DNA of 63,579 nucleotides, the filler included, from Basidiobolus ranarum (lineage: Eukaryota), in NCBI GenBank assembly GCA_040143965.1. It is 39 parts of 39 records of this genome, joined end to end, with 100 filler letters (N's around TTAATTAATTAA, not from the genome) between each part and the next. Parts side by side here need not be neighbours in the genome. Positions count along the whole stretch, not along the records: positions 50,662 to 52,189 come from JASJQH010011791.1; positions 52,290 to 53,817 come from JASJQH010011792.1; positions 53,918 to 55,444 come from JASJQH010011793.1; positions 55,545 to 57,071 come from JASJQH010011794.1; positions 57,172 to 58,698 come from JASJQH010011795.1; positions 58,799 to 60,325 come from JASJQH010011796.1; positions 60,426 to 61,952 come from JASJQH010011797.1; 32 more parts are not named here. The stretch is one strand, 5' to 3'. The notes below the pieces were generated by a model. It saw nothing but the letters and a program-made list of their open reading frames with translations, searched no databases and had not been told where the DNA came from. The position numbers and the translations under genes are program-made. How positions within the stretch are numbered: position 1 is the first letter of the stretch; every line of letters begins with the position of its first letter. Below are positions 51,018 through 61,344 of this stretch, in pieces.

Positions 51018-51190
51018 AGTGTATCCTTGTTCAAGACCCTGCTAGCTGAGTTTACAGTTGTTTTTGATTGGATATACCCTTTTTATCTGATTATTCTCAA
51101 AGGACATTGAAGCCAGTATATTCTTTTGTCAGGTGCCAGCATATTATATAACAGAAGCAGGTTATTGCATTGTGGTTTATCAATTCTCGA
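51018..51190 (+). repeat. Diverged copy of the Gypsy leader (5' UTR) seen at about 19192-19365
   Basis: Shared blocks GTGTATCCTTGT, GAGTTTACAGTTGTTTTTGAT, TCAAAGGACATTGA, TTCTTTTGTCA. Confidence 0.7.
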
Positions 51191-51359
51191 CATTGCTAGA
51201 GGTTTGATTCCCTTTCACAAAGACCCAAGAGGCAAGAGACACACCCATATTACAGTACATTGTAGAGTTATTCAACCATGGTTATCACACCCTTTGGACG
51301 CCTCACAAAACCCTTAAGATATAGCATTTATAGTTGCTGCTTTCATCCTAAAAACAACT

Positions 51360-52189
51360 ACACCGGCATAGATCCAGTCTATCTTCTTTAAACCTGTAAT
51401 CTAGTTTTTCATATCTTATTACAAAATCTTCACACAGTTGCTGTATCTGCCTGAGATCTGGCAATGTAAGTTGATGCCGTAAGAATATATTAACAGTATC
51501 TGCAAACAACTCCCAATGTTGCCAATACTTATCAGGCAGAAATCTTTTCAAAATTCCACTTGAATATATACAATCCAATTCTTCCAGTCTTTGCATTTGA
51601 ATAAATGCCTAGATTACTGGATATTGATAGGAGTCCTGGTAAATATGATGGTATCTTGACATTTTGAAGCATTTTCCCAATCAATTCAAACTTTGATCCT
51701 ATCTCAAATGGCTCATTCATATTGAATTTTCCACTATATAACTGAGTAAGTAGTATTGGAATGTTGTTGAATAGTAAGTATATGGTATCTAATGGGAAGC
51801 TCTGGCTCCAGCTGTTCCCCTTTAGCAATATAATCTTAGGCTTAGGGCTAATATCAAGTTTGATGTCAGACTGACTATTTGGTGAATTGATATCAGTGGT
51901 CATATTGAAATCTGACTGGGCCCTTGACAGTAACATCATGAAGCTTAGTGTTCTATTTTGATGGTAGTAATACATATGCCTGTTAGAGTAAACTCATTTG
52001 ATTTGACAAAATCTACAGCAACATAGTTCATTGTGCCTGCAAAAACCTCTAAGTTTACTGATGGCAGGAGTGTCACCTATACATACAATAATAGTAGCAT
52101 TAATAAAATATTCAACCATCTGAAGTCTATTAGATAACCATTGAAATTCTGCAATCAAAGGCTCCAAAAAGTTTTCTATTTGCACTGGT
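51360..52189 (-). mobile_element. Degenerate CACTA transposase, C-terminal half
   Basis: GDTPAISKL, CCRFC, PLDT, YEKLDYRFKEDRL. Confidence 0.9.
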
Positions 52190-52289
52190 NNNNNNNNNNN
52201 NNNNNNNNNNNNNNNNNNNNNNNNNNNNNNNNNTTAATTAATTAANNNNNNNNNNNNNNNNNNNNNNNNNNNNNNNNNNNNNNNNNNNN

Positions 52290-52796
52290 CACCATCCAAT
52301 CTACCTTACCCTGCTGCCTCAGACCATGCCACTTTACTTAAGGACATTAATATACAATTAATATCTGAGTTGGAGCATGCTTAATCCCAATACAAGAACT
52401 TTGCTGATAAGAAAAGAATGCTAAGCCCAGATCTCAAGCCAGGAGGTTATGTTTGGCTACTCTGGAAATATTTCCAAACCACTAGACCTTGTGATAAACT
52501 TGATCGTAAGAGATTAGGGCCTTTTAAAATTATTAAGCAAATCAATTCAGTAGCCTTCCACCTTGAACTCCCAGCCCATTTTAAAGTCCACAATGTATTC
52601 CATGTGTCTCTCTTAGAGCCACATGCCAGAAACACCTATATTTAGTGGACTGGAAGGGATACTCAACAAATGATTAATCATGGCAGCCAGCAACAAATCT
52701 TTCCAGTTCTAAGAAATTTTGCCAGCAGTTTTATGAAGCCTGCCAGAAAAACCTGGCCCTATGATGTCTGGACACCTTCACTAAAGAAGGGGATAC
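52290..52796 (+). mobile_element. Gypsy (chromovirus) integrase C-terminus, chromodomain remnant and PPT
   Basis: KLD.KRLGPFKI...HNVFHVSLLEP (GPY/F), YLVDWKGY....SWQPA.NL, PPT AAAGAAGGGGATAC. Confidence 0.92.
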
Positions 52797-53154
52797 TGTC
52801 ATGATTCTGATCTTGGCACACTGATCCACTGCAAACAGAACTCTTCTATTACTAGATTATGACATCATATCTGCTGTGCCATCCCTTCTTGGCAATCTTG
52901 TGTTGGTTCATTCAGGTACCTTATATGGTAGTCATGTTCTTTGGAACATTTCATGAAACCTAACTGTCATGATTCTGATCTTGGCATACTGATCAACTGC
53001 AAATAGAATTTTCTATTATTAGATTATGACAACATATCTGCCATACCATCCCTTCTTGGCAATCTGGTGTTAGTTCATCCAGATTGCCTTATATGGAAGT
53101 CATGTTCCTTGGAACATTCCATGAAACCTAACCAATCATCTCATCCCACACATA
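52797..53154 (+). repeat. Family C 3' LTR interrupted by a second family C LTR at 52965
   Basis: TGTCATGATTCTG starts at both 52797 and 52965. Confidence 0.9.
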
Positions 53155-53817
53155 TCTTAACAGAAACTTGAGGATTGTTATTGTAGGAAAACTGTCGCAG
53201 TTTTAATCCATTTGGTGTTGACCGTTTACTTACCATCATAAAATTGGCAAGTTAGATTTGATTTTAATCAATTTTTCAGTTTCAGGAGTGAAATTTCAAG
53301 ATCTTGCAAAATAGTTGCAAATGAATGGCTAAAATCTCAGAGAACTATGGATCAACACATGTGCAAGAAACATAACTGAAATTTTACACAATTACCACTT
53401 GAACACTAATTTGTCACCTTCAAAATCTCTAGCCTCTTTGATATATATATATCAAATTTATTGGTGACACTCCTGCCATCAGTAAACTTGGAGTTTTTTG
53501 CGAGCACAATGCACTATCTTGCTGTAGATTTTGTCAAATTAATGGAGTTTACTCTAACAGGCATACTCATTACTACTATCCAAATACAACACTAAACTTC
53601 ATGTTTTTACCATCAAGAGCCCGGTCAGATTTCAACATAATCACTGATATCAATTCACCAAATAGTCAGTCTAACATCGAACTTGGCATTAGCTGTAAGC
53701 CTAAGGTTATATTGCTAAAGGGGATCAGATGGAGCCAGAGCTTCCCATTAGGCACCATGCACTTACTATTCAACAACATTCCAATACTACTTACTCAGCT
53801 ATACAGTGGAAAATTCA
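53155..53817 (+). mobile_element. Internally deleted CACTA element: candidate left terminus plus transposase fragment (from about 53455)
   Basis: 53155-53320 is the reverse complement of about 62085-62247; then GDTPAISKL, CCRFC, PLGTMH. Confidence 0.75.
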
Positions 53818-53917
53818 NNNNNNNNNNNNNNNNNNNNNNNNNNNNNNNNNNNNNNNNNNNNTTAATTAATTAANNNNNNNNNNNNNNNNNNNNNNNNNNN
53901 NNNNNNNNNNNNNNNNN

Positions 53918-54477
53918 CTAAGTGATATTTGACTAAATAATGTTGACTAACTAATATGTGATATATGAAATAGTTAGGTGTATAAAGATAGGGATAACAT
54001 ATATGATAAAGACAATAAACTTCAACAGGATAATGTCTTAGTGAAATATAAGATAACTAAGTACTAAGCTATATATAACTAGATAGGTGTTTAGGCAATG
54101 CTAAGTTCAACAAAAAAAATCATGCTAAACTATCTAAAACCAAAGTTTTCTCCATTTAAAATGGAACACAGTGCCTTCAACACAGTTGGCTTTAATCTTA
54201 ATGACAAGTTGCCAATTCAATGTTCAAAAGTCAAAACTGCCAAGAAAGCATGTAAAGCCTTGGAAGACATCTACTAAACTCATTCTGCTGCCAACAAGAT
54301 GTGAAGTAGATATATCTATGACTTAATGATGAAGCCCAGAGAAGATATTTAATCACCTATAAAGAGAGTCACTAATTTGGTCTATAAAAAAGACAGCATT
54401 GGAGTACTTACTGCTGATCAGGATAACATAGTTACCATCCTGAATAGCTTACCACCCAGGTCTCAGGGCCTAGTAGT
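53918..54477. mobile_element. Nested debris: family B LTR (53918-54027, -) in family A LTR (54028-54112, -) in family A gag (54113-54477, +)
   Basis: Each piece matches its family elsewhere in the window, with sharp TG/CA junctions. Confidence 0.82.
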
Positions 54478-55444
54478 TGTTAAAGTATTTGGGAGCTTGT
54501 TGGAAGTGGTTTGGAGAATTAGAGAAATTGGTGGTTTTCACTTGTTGATTTATTGAGTAGAAAGTTGAGGTTTATAGTTTTGTCAAAATGTAAACAAACT
54601 AAAATGTAGAATATGTTTACAAAGGTCCCAGGAACATGTGTGCAAAGTTTGGGGCTCCTAGAACAAGTTTGAAGAAATCTATATATCTGACAACTTCTAA
54701 GTTGTTAAAAACATTCCAAGAAAATTTCAATTGAGAATAATGGATAATATCTTTGTGAAATATAAGATAACTAACTAATAAGCTATTTATGACCATATAG
54801 GTGTTTAGGCAATGCTAATTTCAACACTCTTCCTCAACTAAATAGTCATATAAACTAATACTAATAAAGGTCTAAATTTCTCAAATTTCTGTCTAGCTAA
54901 AGGTTTGGTTAATATATCAGCAATCATGTCTTCTGTAGAACAATAAGTTTAGTCAATAAACTTGTTCTCTATAGTCTCTCTAATGCAGTGATGCTTAATA
55001 TTTATATGTTTGCTTCTATTATGAAACATGGGATTTTTAGCTAATTTGATTCAACTTTGATTATCTTGAAATATTGTTGTTGGCAAATTTTGAAAATAAC
55101 CCAAATCTATTAAGAGTTCTCTTAACCATATTGCTTCATTTGTTGCTTCACAGGTAGCCATGTATTCAGCTTCTGATGTTGAAAGTGTGACAGTAGGTTG
55201 TTTCTTTGAGTTCCAAGAAATAGCTCCATGACAGCAAAGAAATAAGTATCCTGTTGTAGATCTCCTGTCTTCAATATCTCTTCCCCAATTTGCATCTGAA
55301 TATCCCATCAGATCAAAGTTTGATCCAGAATAGGTGTATTTTAAGCATAGATCCACAGTACCTTTCAAATATCTGAAAATCCGCTTAACTGCTATGATTT
55401 GATCAGATCCATAATTTTGAAGATATTGGCACATAACTCCCACA
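54478..55444 (-). mobile_element. 3' end of Copia family A: RT/RNase H, PPT 54827-54837, LTR 54478-54826
   Basis: KRIFRYLKGT, GYSDANWG..DRRSTTGY, ISWNSKKQ; full LTR. Confidence 0.94.
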
Positions 55445-55544
55445 NNNNNNNNNNNNNNNNNNNNNNNNNNNNNNNNNNNNNNNNNNNNTTAATTAATTAA
55501 NNNNNNNNNNNNNNNNNNNNNNNNNNNNNNNNNNNNNNNNNNNN

Positions 55545-55696
55545 ATACATTGACAGACTAGGTTAAGGTTCCCTAGCAATATAGGCATAGCATACAAGGA
55601 CTGGTAGCTTAGTGGTTAGAGCACCTTGCTAGAGTGAAGGAGGTCCCAGGTTCAATTCCTGGCCAGACCAATATTTCTCCCTAAATAATTTCAACA
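55545..55696 (+). mobile_element. 3' part of the tRNA-bearing TRIM LTR (3' or solo LTR)
   Basis: Near-identical to 61667-61818; ends TTTCAACA and is followed by unrelated DNA rather than a PBS. Confidence 0.9.
55598..55670 (+). tRNA. tRNA-like sequence inside an LTR (loop CT-AGA-GT, short variable loop; probably a Pol III promoter module, not a decoding tRNA)
   Basis: GGACTGG-TA-GCTT-AGTGGTTA-GAGC-A-CCTTG-CTAGAGT-GAAGG-AGGTC-CCAGG-TTCAATT-CCTGG-CCAGACC-A; 73-nt cloverleaf with A and B boxes. Confidence 0.85.
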
Positions 55697-55819
55697 AAAG
55701 ATAGAGTTAAGAATATATCTGCTAACAATATTTTCAACCTTCTGGTATAAAAAAATTCAGCTTTGCGGAGATTTGTAGTAGGATTAAGCTTTATTACTGA
55801 ATAATTAAGTTAACACCAC

Positions 55820-57071
55820 TATGCCACACTACAACATCATGAGAAGGACAAAAAAGAACACCTCTTATGTGAAGGAGGTTTTTAGGTATAGCCCATTAAT
55901 ATCATCAGCTGATTCTGAGATGGTGTCACAGAAGAGTAATCAGGGGATTAACATGATGTTTCAGGTAATTGGTAGCAATTTTGGCTTATTTCAAGCTGTT
56001 TCTATGCAATATAATTACACCAAGTTTAGCATCTGAGAATTTCAATGCCATTCAAAAATTATTCAAAATCTCAATCAAAATTGGCTTCCAAGCCAAAGCC
56101 TGCAGGCACAAAAGGAAAAAATTTGGCAGGAACAGAGGACTTGATTGATGAGCAGTCTAGCAATCCACTATCTACCTTGGAAGGCATTAAAATTCCTGAA
56201 ACTAACTCAAGTAATGATGAAGCATTAATCAATTTACCAGATGTGTTCCTTTTAAGCAATAGTGCAAGTGAAGAGATTATAATCCCCAAATGTGTTGTAG
56301 TGGGGCAGCATTGCACCCATTGGTAGGCTGACTTAGTTCCACTCCAAGCTCATATCATTACTATTGCACTATTTCTATTTTTTTATCCATATTTGACTTA
56401 CCCACATTTTCTAGCCAATCACATTGCACCTTTAGTATTATCCCCTATTATTTCAGATTTATCAGTATTAACCCACCTTAGCCCTATTATTTTCTGCAAA
56501 ATTCTTCAATCCTCCTGAAAATTCCACAAGATTCTTAGAGTATTTGATGATTGATAGAGTTTTGACCAATCAAAATTTGATTTTGCTGGAACATTCCATG
56601 ACTTTCTGGATCATTCTACAACCTTCCAGAACATTCTGTGGATTATTAAACTTTTGATTGATGGTGATATCACAACACAAGATCACCACCAATAGAATTC
56701 TCTGGAAATTTCCAGAAATTGTCATTAGTAATCATTTCTACCATAAGAGAAGTATAAATAGGAGCCATATCCTTTGAAATAAAAATTATCCTGGTTTTCA
56801 ACTAACAATTACTACTTGTGAGCACCCCTTATTTTCATCACCACATACAAGATCTTTGAACAGGAAGCTCAACAGAGACTACTAAATTGCTGGGGCACAT
56901 GAAAGTAGAAATCTTATAGGAAAACTGGTAAACCAGATGACTCTGAATTCCAGAGCTGCAATAACTTGCTCTGATGATGAGTGGTTTAACATTTTGGAAA
57001 CTGTACAGAATCTTGCCTAAAATCACCTGGATTTGAGTCAATTGTGGAAAAATCAAAAACCAGGCATTACT
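55820..57071 (+). pseudogene. Decayed ORF2 copy, interrupted at about 56291-56836 by an unrelated, possibly LTR-like insertion
   Basis: ASKPKPAGTKGKNLAGTEDLIDEQ..; 56890-57071 matches the reverse complement of about 46185-46365. Confidence 0.75.
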
Positions 57072-57171
57072 NNNNNNNNNNNNNNNNNNNNNNNNNNNNN
57101 NNNNNNNNNNNNNNNTTAATTAATTAANNNNNNNNNNNNNNNNNNNNNNNNNNNNNNNNNNNNNNNNNNNN

Positions 57172-57711
57172 AGCACCAACAATGGTGATGAATTGTCCAG
57201 AGCGGACCTCAGTTTCTTTGAGACCCTTGTAGACAGTGACACCAGCACAAAGGATAGGAGCAGCCTCAATGAGAGGAAGGTTATCAGGAATACGAGCAAC
57301 GTGGGAGGCACGAGCAACACAGTATTCTTGGAAAGTACCATCAACACTGTAACCAGACAAATTTTGATTAGGACAAACATTTTCACGACCTTGGATGCAA
57401 TATTCGCAGTTCATACAGGCAGAGTGAAGGCAAACAACGCCGACAGCGTCACCAATCTTAAAATCCTTCACGTTGCTACCGAGGGCAACAACTCGACCAG
57501 CGCCTTCATGACCACCAACCAAAGGAAGTTTGCTAGCCATAGGCCAGTCATTCTTAGCGATATGAAGATCGGAATGGCAAACACCAGTGTATTCAATCTT
57601 AACGAGAACATCATCAGGTCCAGGAGTAGGGACAGAGATGGTCTTGATCTCAATAGGTTTAGTGTGAGATTCAATGACAGCAGCCTTTTGAGTCTTGGGA
57701 ATTTGGCACAT
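57172..57711 (-). CDS. ADH1: Zinc-dependent (MDR) alcohol dehydrogenase, ADH1-like, 3' truncated by gap
   Basis: GVCHSDLH, GGHEGAG, CMNCEYC..G.E.VC, GYSVDGTFQEY, APILCAGVTVYKGLK; TATA-like run about 45 bp upstream. Confidence 0.93.
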
Positions 57712-59405
57712 ATTTACGAATATCGTATGGGAAGGGTTTTCGTTAATCCTCTAATATATATACTACTCAACTTGTGGACGTTCTAGTTCGGTCGAGCGTC
57801 AATTATAATTTACCCAGTCAAGCGATGTGACGGGTTTACGAAATGCCGATTTCACTTATTCCGATATTTACCAATCCCAATAGAAATTTTATTGACATTT
57901 TGCGAAGATAACCATTCACATAATTGTGTTAGTATTATCATACCGAAACGACTTCGAAATAATTCAACAATGCACAGATTTGCCTTGTTCATAGTTTAAT
58001 ACCACTGAGTCCTATCTAACACCTCATTTATGAGATCTTGACGATTTCTCATTAATAATTGGTGGAATGCGAATACGTGGCTGATGGCTATATCTAATCC
58101 CATGAGATTGAATCTGGTTTCTCGACTTGTCTTAAAATGTATTGTTTGGATTGGGGAATTTGTGGATGATCGCATCAACAATCTGGATTTAGCCACTTAA
58201 AAATATTGCCTGTAATCAATGTGAGTTTTACACTTGTTCCGTCGGACCTCGGCTCAAGGTACTATTGATCGTACCGGAGGATATATCATTTTTTGAATGC
58301 GCGATCCAATACAGCACGACCTGGCACTATAGTGGCGAACGTGTCCAAAATGAAATATTTTAAAATTAAAAACAAAATACGTTGAGAAAAAACCATTTGG
58401 TAATTACATCGGCAACTACATTGAATTTAATCCAATTCTGATATATGCTTTAACCGACGATATGCTGTTAACATCAAATTTAGCTTGTTTCAATCAAAAA
58501 AAACCACCACAAGATATAATTTCAAAGCCAAATAAATGACTGTTTCTATTTATTTTCTAGAATTTACATAATATGTGCATGACCATTTAATGGTTGTGCA
58601 TATCAAGAACAATACGTCCAGCAATCTTACCGGCGTGCATATCTTCATATACTTGAGGAATGGTTTCCATATCTTGAACCTTGTAGTGACACTTGACCNN
58701 NNNNNNNNNNNNNNNNNNNNNNNNNNNNNNNNNNNNNNNNNNTTAATTAATTAANNNNNNNNNNNNNNNNNNNNNNNNNNNNNNNNNNNNNNNNNNNNCA
58801 AATTTGCTGGTGTCAAATAGGAATGATTTAGTTTAATTAAATGAAGATAGCTAATTTTAGAAAATATCTTTATCCTTAAATTACATGAATCAGCTATATC
58901 TGAATTAGTACACATTACCAAGGCAACGAAATCACATCCATAATTTTACCATAAGCCATATTAACGAGGCCAAAGTTGGTAAGAATACTGAACAAGAGCA
59001 GTGAATTTAGGCATCAAAAGCTGTAAACTTTACTCTAGGGTCATGGCAAAATATCAATTGGTGGTACATGGGGGTAATGGAAGGTACATGCATTAAAGAG
59101 CACGTTACTACAAATACAAAATCATAAAAATACAGGGGGAAAATGTGTCTCATCCAGTGAGAAGTGAACAATTGAGAAAGTTATAAGAGATGGATGATAC
59201 ACTGCAGTTATAGTTAAGCAAGTTACGTATGAAGAACAAAGTTAAAATTTAGCAGATACTCAAACCATAACAAATAAATTACTGAAGTTAGGAATGTTTA
59301 AAATTGAATTGCGAGGAGAGCACCTTAACCAGTGAAGAGGATTACGGATAGAGGGCATTTCTAATGTGAAAGAAGGGCGAGAGTGGCGGATTTAAGGACG
59401 TGAGT

Positions 59406-59795
59406 CTACATGGCAGTAAACACCAACTCATCATAGCTTTCCATTTGTATCGTTGAGACTTCTTTGGGCCCGTTAGATGGTCTTAGAAATTGGTACACTT
59501 TTAATACTAGCTCTGCTAGTTCCTCTGCTTTAGTAGGCGACATCACAGTCTCTTTGGGACAATCGATGAGAACATTCTTTTCATCATAAATACTAAACTC
59601 TGTGATAGGTGAGGCTGCTGGAGTGGGGATTTCTTGGAATGCTCGCAATATATTACTCAGTGATTTCGAACGAGAAAGGTTGAGTGTTGCGTGAACAGTT
59701 GTGTTTGAGATATCTCGCGAAAAGTTAGACTTGACAGTTTGTCCGCGAAGTAGAGAATTTTTAGTGTCGATAGTTAAGCACGGTTTAGGCGACAT
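59406..59795 (-). CDS. Hypothetical 129-aa S/T/P-rich protein
   Basis: Complete ATG-to-stop ORF in CpG-intact sequence with no other copy in the window; TATAAA about 105 bp upstream; no recognised domain. Confidence 0.45.
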   Translation of the reverse strand: MSPKPCLTIDTKNSLLRGQTVKSNFSRDISNTTVHATLNLSRSKSLSNILRAFQEIPTPAASPITEFSIYDEKNVLIDCPKETVMSPTKAEELAELVLKVYQFLRPSNGPKEVSTIQMESYDELVFTAM

Positions 59796-60425
59796 GATTG
59801 ACTAGTACAAAGTATTCGCAGAAGTTTGATTGATGACTAGCAAACGCGATATACGAAAATAATATGAAGTTCCAATTCAAGGTGAGGAGACTACCGACTT
59901 TATACATTTTAGTTCATGATCTCAGTGTTTCTAAGAACAGGTTTAATTCCCTTGAAGTTTAAGGCAAGTCATCGGAATTTTCCTTTTAAAACTTGTTCAG
60001 ATGTAATAGTTGGGTGATGGGCCATGAATGATGGGTGGTCGACGGGTTGGTGGCACTCATTGGAAAATGATAGAAAAATACATTATCTGGCTTTGTATTA
60101 CTATGATTGAAATCGGTTATGGCTTAATTTAATTATCTATATATATCCTTATCTTAATTTTATATGCTCTCCTTTTCTCTCCTGACTTTATCATACTTGT
60201 CGCAGTAGTATAGTGAAACTTTGGGGTTGAGCCTCTTTCCGACTTTCAACTTGACTAACTCATAACTCTCTGTTTACTCACTATACTAAATCACCCCCAT
60301 CACTCATTTGACACCAACAAGTTTTNNNNNNNNNNNNNNNNNNNNNNNNNNNNNNNNNNNNNNNNNNNNTTAATTAATTAANNNNNNNNNNNNNNNNNNN
60401 NNNNNNNNNNNNNNNNNNNNNNNNN

Positions 60426-61134
60426 CCAATATTGGTAATCTAACTTTTGATCATGTAACATTGATCTTGCCATCTCCACTATGGTCCTATTAGCATATTC
60501 TGCAACTCCATTTTGCTGTGGAGTATAAGGTACAGTTTTTTGTTGCTTAATTCCATGTTTAGAGCAAAAACTAGCAAAGTCTTTAGAGCAGTGTTCACCA
60601 CCATCATCACTCCTTAGTACCCTTATTTTTTTGTGCCAATTCTTTCTCCACCATTGCTTTGTAGTGCTTGACCATAGTTAAGGCTTCAGATTTTCATTTG
60701 AGGCAGCATACCCAAGTATACCTTGTTTTGTCATCAATCAAGGTCATAATTTACGTTTTCCCACCCAGTAAGATGTTTTTCATGGGTGCATAGAAGTCAG
60801 AATGAATCAGGGAAAAATTCTGAGTGGATTTGATCTCTCCAGAGCGTGAAAACAGCTGGCTGTGATGTTTTCCATATAGGCAACCTTCACAAAGATCCAA
60901 TTTAGTGATATTTCCAGTTTCCAAGCCTGAAACAAGCTGATTTCTTATTATTTAGGTTAGTTTTTGTTCACCAATGTGGCCTTGTCTTCTATGCCATGTT
61001 TGACAGCTTATTTCACCAGTTGTAGCCAAGCTTGCCTGCGCAGATGGCAACTCATTGATTTCTAGCTTGTATAAGATTTTAGTTTTGATCCCAGTACCTA
61101 ATTTGGTTTTATTCTGATCTGTGATAGTGCATAC
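60426..61134 (-). mobile_element. Degenerate Copia GAG-pre-integrase/integrase
   Basis: WHRRQGH, CEGCLYGK, LIHSDF, LIDDKTRY, RSDDGGE, VPYTPQQNGVAE. Confidence 0.92.
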
Positions 61135-61336
61135 TGTTGAAATTATGTAAATAGCAACTCATTATTTAGTAGTTAGTTTTTTCATATTCTGATTATTTAG
61201 CACTCATTTCTGTCATTCAAAAAACATGTGTTTATTGCTCTAATTGATAGAAATATTAATTAGATTACTTTGACCAATTTTCACTATTCTCTCAAAACTT
61301 TTCCAAATCACCACAAATTTTCACTCATGTTTAACA
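61135..61336 (+). repeat. 202-bp LTR-like element
   Basis: TGTTGAAATTA...GTTTAACA termini like family A; interrupts the Copia coding sequence; no clear TSD. Confidence 0.55.
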
Positions 61337-61344
61337 GGCATATT

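Noticed and set aside
55598-55670. Ordinary tRNA-Ser(AGA) gene
   Set aside because: No long variable arm, two stem mismatches shared by both copies, no oligo-T terminator, and embedded in an LTR
56291-56836. Insertion in ORF2 as a defined solo LTR
   Set aside because: TG start, TATA and CA end are present, but there is no TSD, no clear inverted ends and no second copy in the window
57193-57786. 197-aa ORF antisense to ADH
   Set aside because: Shadow of codon bias in the real gene; no recognisable motifs
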